NCBI GenBank assembly: GCA_036867785.1
Contig: CP145416.1
Coordinates: 1,351,254 to 1,371,253 of the forward strand
Reading direction: 5' to 3'
DNA from: Plasmodiophora brassicae
Taxonomy: Eukaryota
DNA length: 20,000 bases
Part shown: positions 10,056 through 19,348 of the stretch, piece after piece
Position numbering within the stretch: position 1 is the first letter of the stretch
Layout of the letters: every line of letters starts with the position of its first letter
The notes under the pieces: generated by a model
Database searches by the model: none
What the model was told of the DNA's origin: nothing
The model's input: the letters and a program-made list of their open reading frames with translations, nothing else
Translations under genes and position numbers: made by a program

Positions 10056-11444
10056 CTAACAGTTCTGGCGCTCGAACGACGTCACTTTGGCAGCTAGAGC
10101 CTTCCATGCATTCCCATGAGAGATAGGGTCATCCCTCACGGCCTTGCTTATCTTGCGTTTGGCATTGCGGAGCGCAGATGAGTCGCAGTGGATAGCAATC
10201 GGAAGCATATTGTGGCGTCGCAGGTGCGCCTTGCGCATGTGAGGAGGTTTGAACCCGTTCCCGCCCCCATGCGTCATACATGCTTCCATTGTCTTCTGTA
10301 GAGACAGGAATAAGTCATCGATTGTTTGCCACTCAATGTCGTTGAACGCTTCTTCGATATTCGCGACCATGTCATCAATTGATTTGGCCGGCTTCCGAAG
10401 CTGGCGCGCCTGAATAGCCGAAAACAACCCAAGATCAAGAATGTTCAGGTCGGGGGAATGAGGTGGTTGAGGTGATATCGATATGTTCCAGCCGTCCGAA
10501 GATGCCGCTCGCAGAATCGCTTCATCTCGATCGACACGTGAATGCGGAGGAGCATTATCATGTTGAACTCGGATGGGCATGGATTTGGAACTCTGCGGCC
10601 ACTTCACCTTGATCGCAGGGATGACCTTCTCCACCATTGTCCTGATGTACTCGCCCCTGTTGATGGACTCCAGGGCCTTCATGACCAGCGTTCCCTTGGG
10701 TCGGTTGCGAGAGGATCATTTGGCTGGTTCGCTAACGGTAAAGGGGAAGCAGCCTATTTTACCGTCAAATATAACCCCCGTCTCGACGACGAACCGCGGT
10801 CTCGCCACAGCAACGAGAACCATGACCTTCTTGATAAAGCGCCGATTTTGAACATGCCGCGCGGGTGTCGCCTCGCCCCGAACGATGTAATAACCTTGCT
10901 TGGCTTTGCAGATGTAGAAGTACTTCTCGTCTACATGTACGTAGTCAAGCATCGGCTGGAAACACGTCAGATCGTCGGTCAGCATCTGGATGCAGTGAAC
11001 AAGACGCGTGATCGCATTTTGAAAAGTCAGCGTTGGTGCCACCGTGCTGGATACGTGCTGGATCAGTCCCTCTTCCTTCATGCGAAACGTGGTTGACAGC
11101 GAGACGTTCAGCGACGACGCCATTGTCCGAAGGCTGACGCAGTTATACTCTGGCAAGTTCTTCGCACGCTCGAGGATTGGCCCCCTGTCTATCAGTTTTC
11201 TGCCCGGACCGTGCTTCCTTGAAGCAACATCCGCCACCACAGCGCCGCTCGCGTAGCATTCCTTGGCACGATGCCAGATTCTCGAAATGGTCTTAGTGCA
11301 CACCTCGAAGTGGTTTGCTGCTGCTGATATCGTTCCCGCCGCAAGCTTCCCGTTGTGAGATTTGATCAGGAGATATTGTAGGACTCCTTGGCGTTGCTCG
11401 TTTGTCAGGTTGGGGCGCTTCTTGCTTAACTTGCCGGCGACCAT
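10056..11444 (-). pseudogene. Mariner-like DDD transposase (DD39D plant/oomycete-type lineage) with one in-frame stop
   Basis: ORFs 10716-11444 and 10056-10682 are in the same frame, separated by a TGA at 10716-10718 (EPAK*SSRNRPKG). Catalytic motifs HVDEKYFY, QHDNAPPH and SPDLNILDLGLF, plus an N-terminal HTH-like region. 462 aa if read through. Confidence 0.93.
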
Positions 11445-11669
11445 GTTGTCAGATGGCGCGCAGATCGATTTCAGCCAGTCGTCTCCAGGGGTGGGCTATT
11501 TTTGGATATCTAGGCGTCAACCGGCAAAAGGTATAGGTTGGAAGATAATCCATATCATGAGACATATGTCGCCGGAATGATACCTCTCTGACCTAGTGAT
11601 AGACAGAGTTCAATAAAGGTACGCCCTGTATTTATAACTATATACTACCTCAAAATACGCCGTGTATCG

Positions 11670-11731
11670 TCCCTACCAACGGTCCTACCAGGGTCCTACC
11701 ACGGATCCTACCGCACCCACGGATCCTACCA
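11670..11731 (+). repeat. Array of five CCTACC-core direct repeats upstream of the recombinase gene
   Basis: CCTACC at 11672, 11684, 11695, 11707 and 11725. Further same-orientation copies lie downstream of the gene at 14019, 14129 and 14137. Confidence 0.8.
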
Positions 11732-11820
11732 GACGGCGCCGCCACCCCCTCCCGGTACAACCAAGCGCACCGCCGCACGCATCCCCACGCAGGTTTCCAC
11801 ACCGCATTGTCGACGACGTC

Positions 11821-13998
11821 ATGGGTCGATCACGATCGTCTGGAGGGCAACGAACGCGCACAGCGGCCCAGTTCCGTGTCAGCAACCGGGCCAAGTACCA
11901 TGTCCCCGCCGAGTTATGGGCGGACGCCGTTGTCGGTTTGGGCCTGGTTCGTCGCCGCCTTCGCGTGTCGGAAGGAGCGAGCCGCCCTGTCACCGGGAGC
12001 AAGCCCCTGGCCAAGAACTCGGTGCATGCCTACGGCAAGCACATACGTGGACTAAGGTACTACTGTTGCCTGGTCGGTGACTACGACAGCCTGCTTGTCC
12101 TGCAGGACGATGCGCCATCTGACCACTGCCCGTCAATGAGTGCGAAGACCTTATCGAACTTTGTTCGGTTCAAGAGGGGCGTCCAGGGGACGCCGCTTGT
12201 CGATGCCTCGGGCGTGCCCGTCCTGGATCGGCGTGGGCAGCCTGTCGTCTGCCAAGGCGGGTGGAATGGCCCTGGCAACGTGGAGCAGTTCGAGTCGGCC
12301 GTTACGGCGGTGCATGCGGCGCGCGATCAACGTGGCAACTTTGAAGACGCGTGCAACGCCTGCTGGGACGCGTTCCAGGCGGCGCGTCAAGCGAGTGCCT
12401 GCGGCCGGCATGTTGGACAGCATGATGATTCTTGCGACACATGCTGGGCGACGTTCTCGAGATCGAATCAGTCTTTCGGCTGCTTTCATCACGTCGGACA
12501 GCCACGTCTGTGGCGGCGCGGCAATCCTGTGCTGAGTCAAGTTGCGGTCGACACCAAGCAATGGGTGAAACGCGAGACGCAGGGGTACAAGGCAGAGGGT
12601 AACTTCGCTCTGCTGCCTGACCAGGTGCTGGAGATCAGGCGGCAGCTCGTTGCGACTGGCTCCCTCCGAGACTATTCCACCTGGGTGTCGATCCTGCTGG
12701 GCGTCCACCTGTTCCTGCGGGCCGACGAGATCGTCGACATCGCGCTTGAAGATTTCTTGCTCGAGATGACGGCCAAGGACGACCTGGACCGCGTCGATCA
12801 GCTCGTCGTGCAGGTCTGCGGCAAGTCGGAGAGGGCCAAGGCCGAGGGTCCCGTCAATCTGGTCTTGTACCGGCTTGATTCGCACCCGAAGCTATGCCCC
12901 ATCCGGGCGTTGTTCACGCTGGTGTCTCGGACACGCATCAAGTCCGGGTTGGTCTTCGGCACGAAGCAACACCTTGACGCGATCGACCGAGGCGCCGCTT
13001 CGTTCGAATCGTTCCCGGATGGATTGTCCTACGACGAGTTCAACGCCGAGTTCGTTCGTGTTTGCAGGCCTGTCGTCGGCGACGACACGATGCACCGGTA
13101 CGGCCCGCACTCGATCCGCAAGACGGCGTACCTGTTCGCCATCTGGGGTGGTGGCGACCTCGATCACATCAGGCAAGCGGCGCGCCACAAGACGCTCAAG
13201 AACGCGGAATTGTATTACCGCGATTCGAAAGCTCTGCTGGCCCGGGCGCGCAGGACGAACAGCCACGTACTGGCGTTGACGCCCAAGTGGGAGCCGATCT
13301 TCCTGGAGAACCTGCGCAACGCTCGGCGGATCGCTCTCGATAGCAGGTGCCCGCCGCAGTCGAGCTCGATACCCGGGTTGGCATCGACGTACGTCGCGAC
13401 ACAGCTCCGGGTCGATCCGGCGTCCGTGTCCCTGATGCAGCTCATCTCTCTGGCAGAGCGCGATATCCCTGAGACGCCGGCGTTTCAACAATTGGAACAA
13501 CTGCTTCAAACGCATGTGCCCCAGCTGGCACAGACGATGATGTCGCTGGTTAACCAGGTCGTTCTCCAACGACTCAACAATTCGGAATCTCAGCCAGCCA
13601 TCCAGCAGCCACCGGCCCCGCCCCCAGTCCAACCGCCGATGGCGTCGTCATTGTCACCTCCGCCGCCGCTGCCGCAACCTGATCCGAACGATGACAACCG
13701 GGGGCGCGCGAGGCGAGGCGGTAATGTCGATCTTCCTGGGCGTTCACAGCTGGCCAAGCTTTCGACTTCGTCGGAGAAGATTGTGCTGCTTCTATCCATC
13801 GAGGCGTCGCTGCCGGCCAGCAAGAAAGACCTGACCGAGCGTGCCCGCACGTTCGTCAATCAGGTCGTGACGCCAGTGCTGCGGTGCTACCGCGAACATT
13901 GCGCCTCGTCGTTGCCCGAATTCGTCGACAAGTGGGGGGCCAACTTCTCACACTCCCGGTTTTCGAAGGGGTGCGGTTGTGTGGAGCCGGCCCAATAA
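11821..13998 (+). CDS. Tyrosine recombinase, Crypton-like, intact (~725 aa from ATG 11821)
   Basis: Full catalytic set in order: FLRADE (R), GKSE (K), HSIRK (HxxR), ARHK (H), ELYY (Y), plus the LCPIRAL motif common in eukaryotic YRs. No reverse transcriptase nearby, so not DIRS. Pro-rich linker and a small Cys/His-containing C-terminal domain. Confidence 0.9.
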   Translation: MGRSRSSGGQRTRTAAQFRVSNRAKYHVPAELWADAVVGLGLVRRRLRVSEGASRPVTGSKPLAKNSVHAYGKHIRGLRYYCCLVGDYDSLLVLQDDAPSDHCPSMSAKTLSNFVRFKRGVQGTPLVDASGVPVLDRRGQPVVCQGGWNGPGNVEQFESAVTAVHAARDQRGNFEDACNACWDAFQAARQASACGRHVGQHDDSCDTCWATFSRSNQSFGCFHHVGQPRLWRRGNPVLSQVAVDTKQWVKRETQGYKAEGNFALLPDQVLEIRRQLVATGSLRDYSTWVSILLGVHLFLRADEIVDIALEDFLLEMTAKDDLDRVDQLVVQVCGKSERAKAEGPVNLVLYRLDSHPKLCPIRALFTLVSRTRIKSGLVFGTKQHLDAIDRGAASFESFPDGLSYDEFNAEFVRVCRPVVGDDTMHRYGPHSIRKTAYLFAIWGGGDLDHIRQAARHKTLKNAELYYRDSKALLARARRTNSHVLALTPKWEPIFLENLRNARRIALDSRCPPQSSSIPGLASTYVATQLRVDPASVSLMQLISLAERDIPETPAFQQLEQLLQTHVPQLAQTMMSLVNQVVLQRLNNSESQPAIQQPPAPPPVQPPMASSLSPPPPLPQPDPNDDNRGRARRGGNVDLPGRSQLAKLSTSSEKIVLLLSIEASLPASKKDLTERARTFVNQVVTPVLRCYREHCASSLPEFVDKWGANFSHSRFSKGCGCVEPAQ

Positions 13999-14088
13999 AT
14001 TGGATGATTCGTTCCGGGCCTACCTGCGTTCCCAGCTGGCAATGCGTCGGTTTGCTTGCACCGCCCGGCTAAGTACATAGGCCTTAGC

Positions 14089-14126
14089 GGTCACAAAAGT
14101 GCGCAGTGCGCGCATTTTTTGTGACC
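14089..14126. other. Short inverted repeat/hairpin downstream of the recombinase
   Basis: GGTCACAAAAGTGCGC-AGTGC-GCGCATTTTTTGTGACC: 16/17-bp near-perfect arms around a 5-nt spacer. Confidence 0.75.
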
Positions 14127-14190
14127 CTCCTACCATCCTACCACGACAGTAATGAAACTTTATGACGTTAATCCTGGGGTACAGTGCACG

Positions 14191-14218
14191 ATCGGACTCT
14201 TCAGATGAAACGGAGTGG
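14191..14218 (-). repeat. Right terminal inverted repeat of the mariner element
   Basis: ATCGGACTCTTCAGATGAAACGGAGTGG followed by TA; 27/28 match to the left TIR. Confidence 0.9.
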
Positions 14219-14240
14219 TATTTGGTAGGGAAGATCCGAT

Positions 14241-14288
14241 CGACGTCGACCAGCTCGACCGGAACGACAGCGCCCGCTACGACGGCCG
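14241..14288 (+). repeat. 48-bp copy of an internal piece of the REase-kinase gene
   Basis: 47/48 identical to 8460-8507 (encodes DVDQLDRND.ARYDGR). Confidence 0.85.
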
Positions 14289-14651
14289 GGTTGGGGAGCC
14301 CGGGTACCGGTTGCAGATCCACGAGAGGACGGCGTATGCGTCATCGCCAGCACAACACGCCTCGGGATGCGGCTGGTTGAACGGCTGGACATGCAGCGCC
14401 TGGAGCTATATTCGTCCTGTCTGCGGAGGCTGGCGGCGGACTGCCGTGAATGCGACCGTGCCGAGCAGGTGCCCACTCCGAGGTGGGCGTCGTCAGCGCC
14501 GCAGAAACGACGCTGCCGCCAACGGCGACAACGTACACTGCCGCCCCGTCGGCACCGTTCGGCACAATTAGTCGTCCTGGCCCAGATGCGCCTGCCTGCC
14601 CTGTACGTTCGCGACGACGTCGCCGCCAAACAGAGGCACGGGTCAATGCGA

Positions 14652-15000
14652 CCACTACGACCTCAATACGGTCTGCTGGACGCCAGGCGACGTTTCCGCC
14701 AGGTCTGCGAGATCGTACTGCACCTTGACGATAGGTACAAGTCATCGCCTGCTGCACAGTCATCCAGGCGTCCTCTGACGCGCTGGACGTCACTGGTCTG
14801 CCGTCTCCTGCCGTCGAAGCGGGACGTGTACAACGTGGCGCAGGCCAGGTGACGCACTCGTCGTCCGACGTTTGCTACGATTTGGCATGACGCGCTACAG
14901 CCCTGCACCATGCGACGATGGCTGGCTGACCAGCCAAGGTTGTCGCCGACCTCCCTGTCTGCGCGTCGAGCACGCGGTGCCTGCCTGCCTGCCTGCGTTG
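14652..15000 (+). repeat. Copy 2 (more degraded) of the intron-containing subtelomeric repeat
   Basis: CCACTACGACCTCAATACGGTCTGCTGG ... GATAG|GTACAA..CTGAC; the acceptor appears mutated. Right boundary approximate. Confidence 0.6.
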
Positions 15001-15401
15001 TGTTCGGCATCGCATGTCGCAAGTCGTCGACGTCCCGAGGCGTCTGATCGCCGTACCAGCGACTATTGCGACATCGTAAAGCATCCCGCAGGACGTCTGC
15101 CGACGCGCCGAACACTTCTGGGTCAACGCCATGCACGGGTACGGAATGTTGTCTAATGCAAAGGACCAGGTCCTCACACGTTCTGCACAGGACTCGCACC
15201 TCGCGTGTCGCCAACGACCTGTTGCGCCTGCCTGCCCTGCTTGCGTCCTCGCCGTGGTCGTCGTCGACCGGCGCCGCGGGCCAACGCGGCCGCCTACGAC
15301 CACACAGATTTCAGTCAGAACTCTGCCCACAATACCTTCTAGCCAATGACCCTGTACGCCGACAACCGTGACGACATCTAACGCGTGAACCGTCCCGCAC
15401 G

Positions 15402-16085
15402 AAACTGGTCAAGGACGTGTCCGGACACTGGCCGTCGCCGGTCGGTCTGTCCAAAGGGGACCTGGAGCAGAGGATCATCCTGATGATCGATCTACCATGC
15501 GCGCAGCCTTGGTTCCTTGACATATCTTGGTCAGGAGGGGATCTCTGGCGGGCGACAGGTCGACGAACACGCCATCGACGTAGCGGCGTTCCTCAAGTCA
15601 CTGAACGCCGGCATCATCGAATGGGAAGACTTCGCCCACGACCAACGTTGCGTGATTGGCGTTGTCGGGGCAATCTCAGCGAGATCGGGTGCGCGACCAA
15701 GCACACCTTCGAGGTCCTTCGTATGGCGATCGGGCTCGCCGTTCTCACGTCGAGGAGTCAGGATGCCGTCGACGACAGGATCCTGTCGATCGTCGGACAC
15801 CTGCTGACCTGGCCGGTTCTGCAGCAAGGAAGCGCTTCGACTGTTCGCTGCTCGACGGGCGAGGGCGTTATCCTCACCGACGAATCGACATCATCGGACC
15901 CCATGCCATCACCGGCCAGGTCGATGGCGCTTCTGTGTTTCCTCAATGCGTCTTTGTACATCACCAGCAGGCGTGCTGCGATAGACGCGATCCTATCGTC
16001 GGCAACAGACGACCCTCTGCTCCAGGTCCCCTTTGGACAGATCAACCGGCGACGGCCAGTGTCCGGACACGTCCTTGACTAGTTT
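15402..16085. repeat. 75-bp inverted repeat pair enclosing ~535 bp of degraded coding-like sequence
   Basis: 15402-15476 versus the reverse complement of 16011-16085: 4 mismatches in 75 by manual comparison. No clear target-site duplication. Confidence 0.85.
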
Positions 16086-16164
16086 GCGGCCTGCTTCGAT
16101 AGCTGCCGGTACGATTTGGACAGGTGAATCGTGTCGTCGAAGCAGGGCGCCTGCCAACGGACCC

Positions 16165-16745
16165 AGAACGACCACAACATGTCGTGCTGCACGCCTGCCG
16201 CCGTCCCGACGGGTTTGGACGAACGTCAAGCACCTTCGGGACAGGTATGATCAGTCGTGGCCTGGTGCACAGTTCCCCAGGCCCTCTAACATGTTGGGCA
16301 GGACACGCCTGCCGTTGTCTGTCCACCGGGATCCGCCTGCATCAGCAGTCGTCCTGTTCATGCTGGTCGTGCCACCGTCATGCCGACCTGCTCCTCGGCA
16401 GAGGCAGCGCGCCCTGTCCGCCCACCGATCAGTGCAAGCGGTTGCGCGCGCTCCGGGCCTGCCCTGCACCATGCGTCGACAACGGGACAACCGAGCAAGG
16501 GCGTTGCCGAGTTCCGCATCTGCCTGGTTAGCCGCGCTTGACTGCCCTGCAGGTCGTCCATAAGGGCAGTGGCGTTTAGTAGGCGTCGTCGCCGGTCGAC
16601 ATGGGAATGCTTATTAGCTGCCATCGACGACCCGCCGGCCGCCGCCATCCCTGCCGGCATGTCGGCACAACCAGAACCGTTCAATACAAGCAGGTGAGGC
16701 CGATACGCGCGAGCAACGACCCTGCATGTCGTCCTGGTGTTAACC
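16165..16745 (+). repeat. Copy 3 of the intron-containing subtelomeric repeat
   Basis: ACGACCACAACATGTCGTGCTG ... ACAG|GTATGA..CTAAC..GCAG (intron-like 16245-16301, 57 nt) ... GTTCAATACAAGC. Collinear with the copy at 18.1-18.8 kb but frameshifted. Confidence 0.7.
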
Positions 16746-18041
16746 GCTACCTGGCGACAATGCAATCTGTCAGTGCGTCCAAGGGTGCCTCGCCGGGAAT
16801 TCGCCGTACCTGGCTGCGCGACAGGGCGATCGTTGTTCTGGACCGGTTGCAGGGGATAGGGAAGATGCGGAATGCCCGCATCGCGCCCGTGTCGAGATAC
16901 AGGCTCGCCGCAGGTCGGCCGGTTCACAGTGAGCGGTGACTCGCTCCGCTTGCCACTGGCCTCGCATCTGCTGTACAACGTGCGCATCCACCTCCTCGCG
17001 TGAGACAGTCCGGCAGGCAGGTGTCGGCTGCGGATGACGTCGTCTGGTGGGTGACTTCGTCGCGGGACAGCCGGGTCGTGTCAGCATGGCTCCGTGTCGT
17101 TGTCGTCGGGCGGCTGCGCAGTGCGCCGCGTGCACTCGCCCGCCGGGCGTCAATGTCGGCGCAAGGCGGGGCTGCCGCCGGTCGTCCTGCCGCTACTCGT
17201 CTGCATGTCTGCATGTCTCTGGCACAAATTGATTCCGTTACCATACCGAGGTGCTGGGCCTGGATGCGGCCGAGGGGTTGCTGCTGGCGTCCCGTCTGTC
17301 TGCCTAGTCGCCAGTCCAGCTGCATGACTTGCGCTGACGTGTACGCCACAGGCCGATGACTCTGCGAGGTGTGTACCCGTTAACCTGTCGCCTTTCGCAA
17401 CGGCTGCCATTCATGTGTTCACAGACGCGAGTATTGCTGCCCAGATCCCTGGCAAGTCAGGTATCGTCGTTGTTGCCGCGTACGCCCTTCCTCGTACTGT
17501 GTGCTGGGTCACGTCCCCCGCCTGATTACATCCTGGGGAAACGTGCCCGTTAACCAGCAGCTCTCCGGGTCGCACCTCTGACGATACTCGTAAGAATTCT
17601 GCCATACCCTGTAACACCACAGCTGCCGCGGTTCGGGGTTTCTGGTGCTGGTCCACACTGTCGTCACGTAATCCAGTTCCTGTCCTGGACGACCTTGGTA
17701 CGACTGAAAAGCACTTCAATAACTCCATTCTGGTATGCCGCCCGTCGTTTCCTTACGGCTTCGCTTGTGAAAGATTCTACTTCTATTGCAGGGTTGCAGG
17801 GACCGCCCTGGAATCGCTCGTCGCCACACGACGCTGTGTCACATCACGTATGTTACTCGCCCAGCCCTTTCGGTGCACGAATCTGACCACGTCTACTGCA
17901 GGACTGTCGCCCGGTTAAGCCGTCGTCGTGCGTCTAGCTGCGCCACTTCTGCTATATGGCCTGGCTGAGCAACGGCATCGTGCCGCCAGTTGCATGGCAC
18001 GCACAGAGCCAACCGCCATGCCACACCGACCGCCGTCCTAA

Positions 18042-18839
18042 ATGTCGTTCCTGACACGTCTGGTGGCCCTGCGTGCTCGGGCGCTGACGTCGCCGCCGTC
18101 CAGCGGCGCTGATACCCGGAGCCACTACGACCACAACACGTCCTGCTGGGCGGCTGCCAACAAGCCGCATACGTCCGGGCTCCATAACAGGTACGATTCT
18201 TCCTCTAACGCACATAGCCAGGCCGTCTAATACGTGCTTGGCAGGGCGCGCCTGCCGTTCAGCATGAGCACCTGCAAGACAGCAGTCGTCCCGCGTAGGC
18301 GAGGCGGGGACCTCGTCGTGCCGACCTGCTCCTCAGCTATGGCGGCGCGCCGATCATTGCAATCGATCGCTCGCGCTCCTGCCCTGCACCGTTTGTCGAT
18401 AGCGGGACGATCAAGACAGGGCGTCGCCGAGGACCCCGTCCGTTTGGCAATCGGCGCCTGCCTGCCCTGCATGTCGTCCAGCTGGGCGTCGGAACTCAGC
18501 GCCCGTTGCCGCCGATCGACTTGCGAATGCCTGCCTGGCGTCGACGACCCGACCGCCGTTAGCCCTGCCGGGCATACCGCCACGACCAGACGAGTTCAAT
18601 ACAAGCCGATGATGTCGTCACGCGCGTACTACAAACACTGCCGATTGTGCTGGCGTCAGACGACACGACCCGTCGTCAGCTCTGCCGAGCATACCGGTGC
18701 AACCAGATCCGTTCAATACAAGCAGACCATGTCATCACGCGCGTACGACGTCAGTACTCAAGGTCGGCCTGGTGTCAGGTGGCACAGAACGGCAGCGTTC
18801 CCTGCAATTGGTGAAGTGGGGGCGCCGGTCCACGATTGA
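18042..18839 (+). CDS. Copy 4 of the repeat family: hypothetical two-exon ORF (18042-18190, 18245-18839; 247 aa)
   Basis: Removing a 54-nt GTACGA..CTAAT..GCAG intron (18191-18244) joins ORFs 18042-18230 and 18234-18839 in frame. Contains an internal duplication (T.TR.VQYK..MSSRAY twice). No recognisable domain. Confidence 0.35.
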
Positions 18840-18969
18840 GAGCGGCGACGTCGCCCTGGCCGCCGGCCGATCGCTGCAGTCTGTCACGTGCGCCCCTGTC
18901 CTGGACAATGCACCGGTGGCAGAGCGACCAACCAAGGCCGTCGCCGATCTCTGGTCTTAGGGACTTCTA

Positions 18970-19348
18970 CTAGCGGTTGGGGCTCGCGCTGCTTCGCCAA
19001 TACATTCCACAGATCGTCTCATATCGGCTGATCCAGGGTCAAGCCCCAGCCGACATGGCGACGAGTTGAGGAATGGCCAGTGCGGAATAGATTCGGGCTG
19101 GGAGACGTCACTAGTGTTTGGCCGCACAGTGTGCATGAACCCCAAACATGCAGTTCCATAGGACTTAACTCCTGCCCGTATCCATCCATCCATGCACTGC
19201 CGACGGCTTAGTCGAAGACATCCCGAAACACGACGTTCCTGATCTTGGCGATCGGGCTGCCGGTGCCGTCGGCGGCTCTGAAGTTATCTGGGTGACAGCA
19301 ACGGGACCGGGCCACGTACAGCTGACCGTGGCTGAACACTTCGTGGCC
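18970..19348 (-). mobile_element. Helitron 3' remnant (Pif1-type helicase C-terminus plus candidate 3' ends)
   Basis: Minus frame 19348-19208 reads GHEVFSHGQLYVARSRCCHPDNFRAADGTGSPIAKIRNVVFRDVFD*: helicase motif VI (VFSHGQLYVAxSR) and the Helitron-typical NVV(F/Y)xxV tail. Downstream are a palindrome GCACAxTGTGC (19124-19134) then CTAG|T (19114-19110), and a second CTAG|T at 18973-18969. Confidence 0.8.

Larger units (their letters stand above)
9973..14218. mobile_element. TIR-bounded Tc1/mariner element (4246 bp) containing a transposase and a tyrosine recombinase
   Basis: Left TIR 9973-10000 (CTACTCCGTTTCATCTGAAGAGTCCGAT) matches the reverse complement of 14191-14218 at 27/28. TA dinucleotide on both flanks (9971-9972, 14219-14220). 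The terminus resembles the CTCCCTCCGT end of plant-type mariner/Stowaway elements. Confidence 0.9.

Noticed and set aside
11670-11731. CCTACC array as a CRISPR array
   Set aside because: Repeats of 6-9 bp with 5-12 bp spacers are far too short; the context is eukaryotic and there are no cas genes.
11662-11820. GTG start at 11662 for the recombinase
   Set aside because: The extension translates the repeat array as low-complexity Pro/Arg sequence; the eukaryotic ATG at 11821 is more plausible.
11821-13998. Prophage integrase or DIRS retroelement
   Set aside because: No phage genes, reverse transcriptase/RNase H or gag nearby; the motifs and context fit a eukaryotic Crypton-like YR.
14223-14231. 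Inverted CCTACC (TGGTAGGGA) just outside the right TIR as part of the YR element
   Set aside because: It lies beyond the TA duplication and fits the reconstructed target reading frame (LVGK), so it is likely chance.
17411-17820. Lower-GC stretch with protein-like minus-strand fragments
   Set aside because: Frames are broken and I recognise no motif; it cannot be assigned without a database search.
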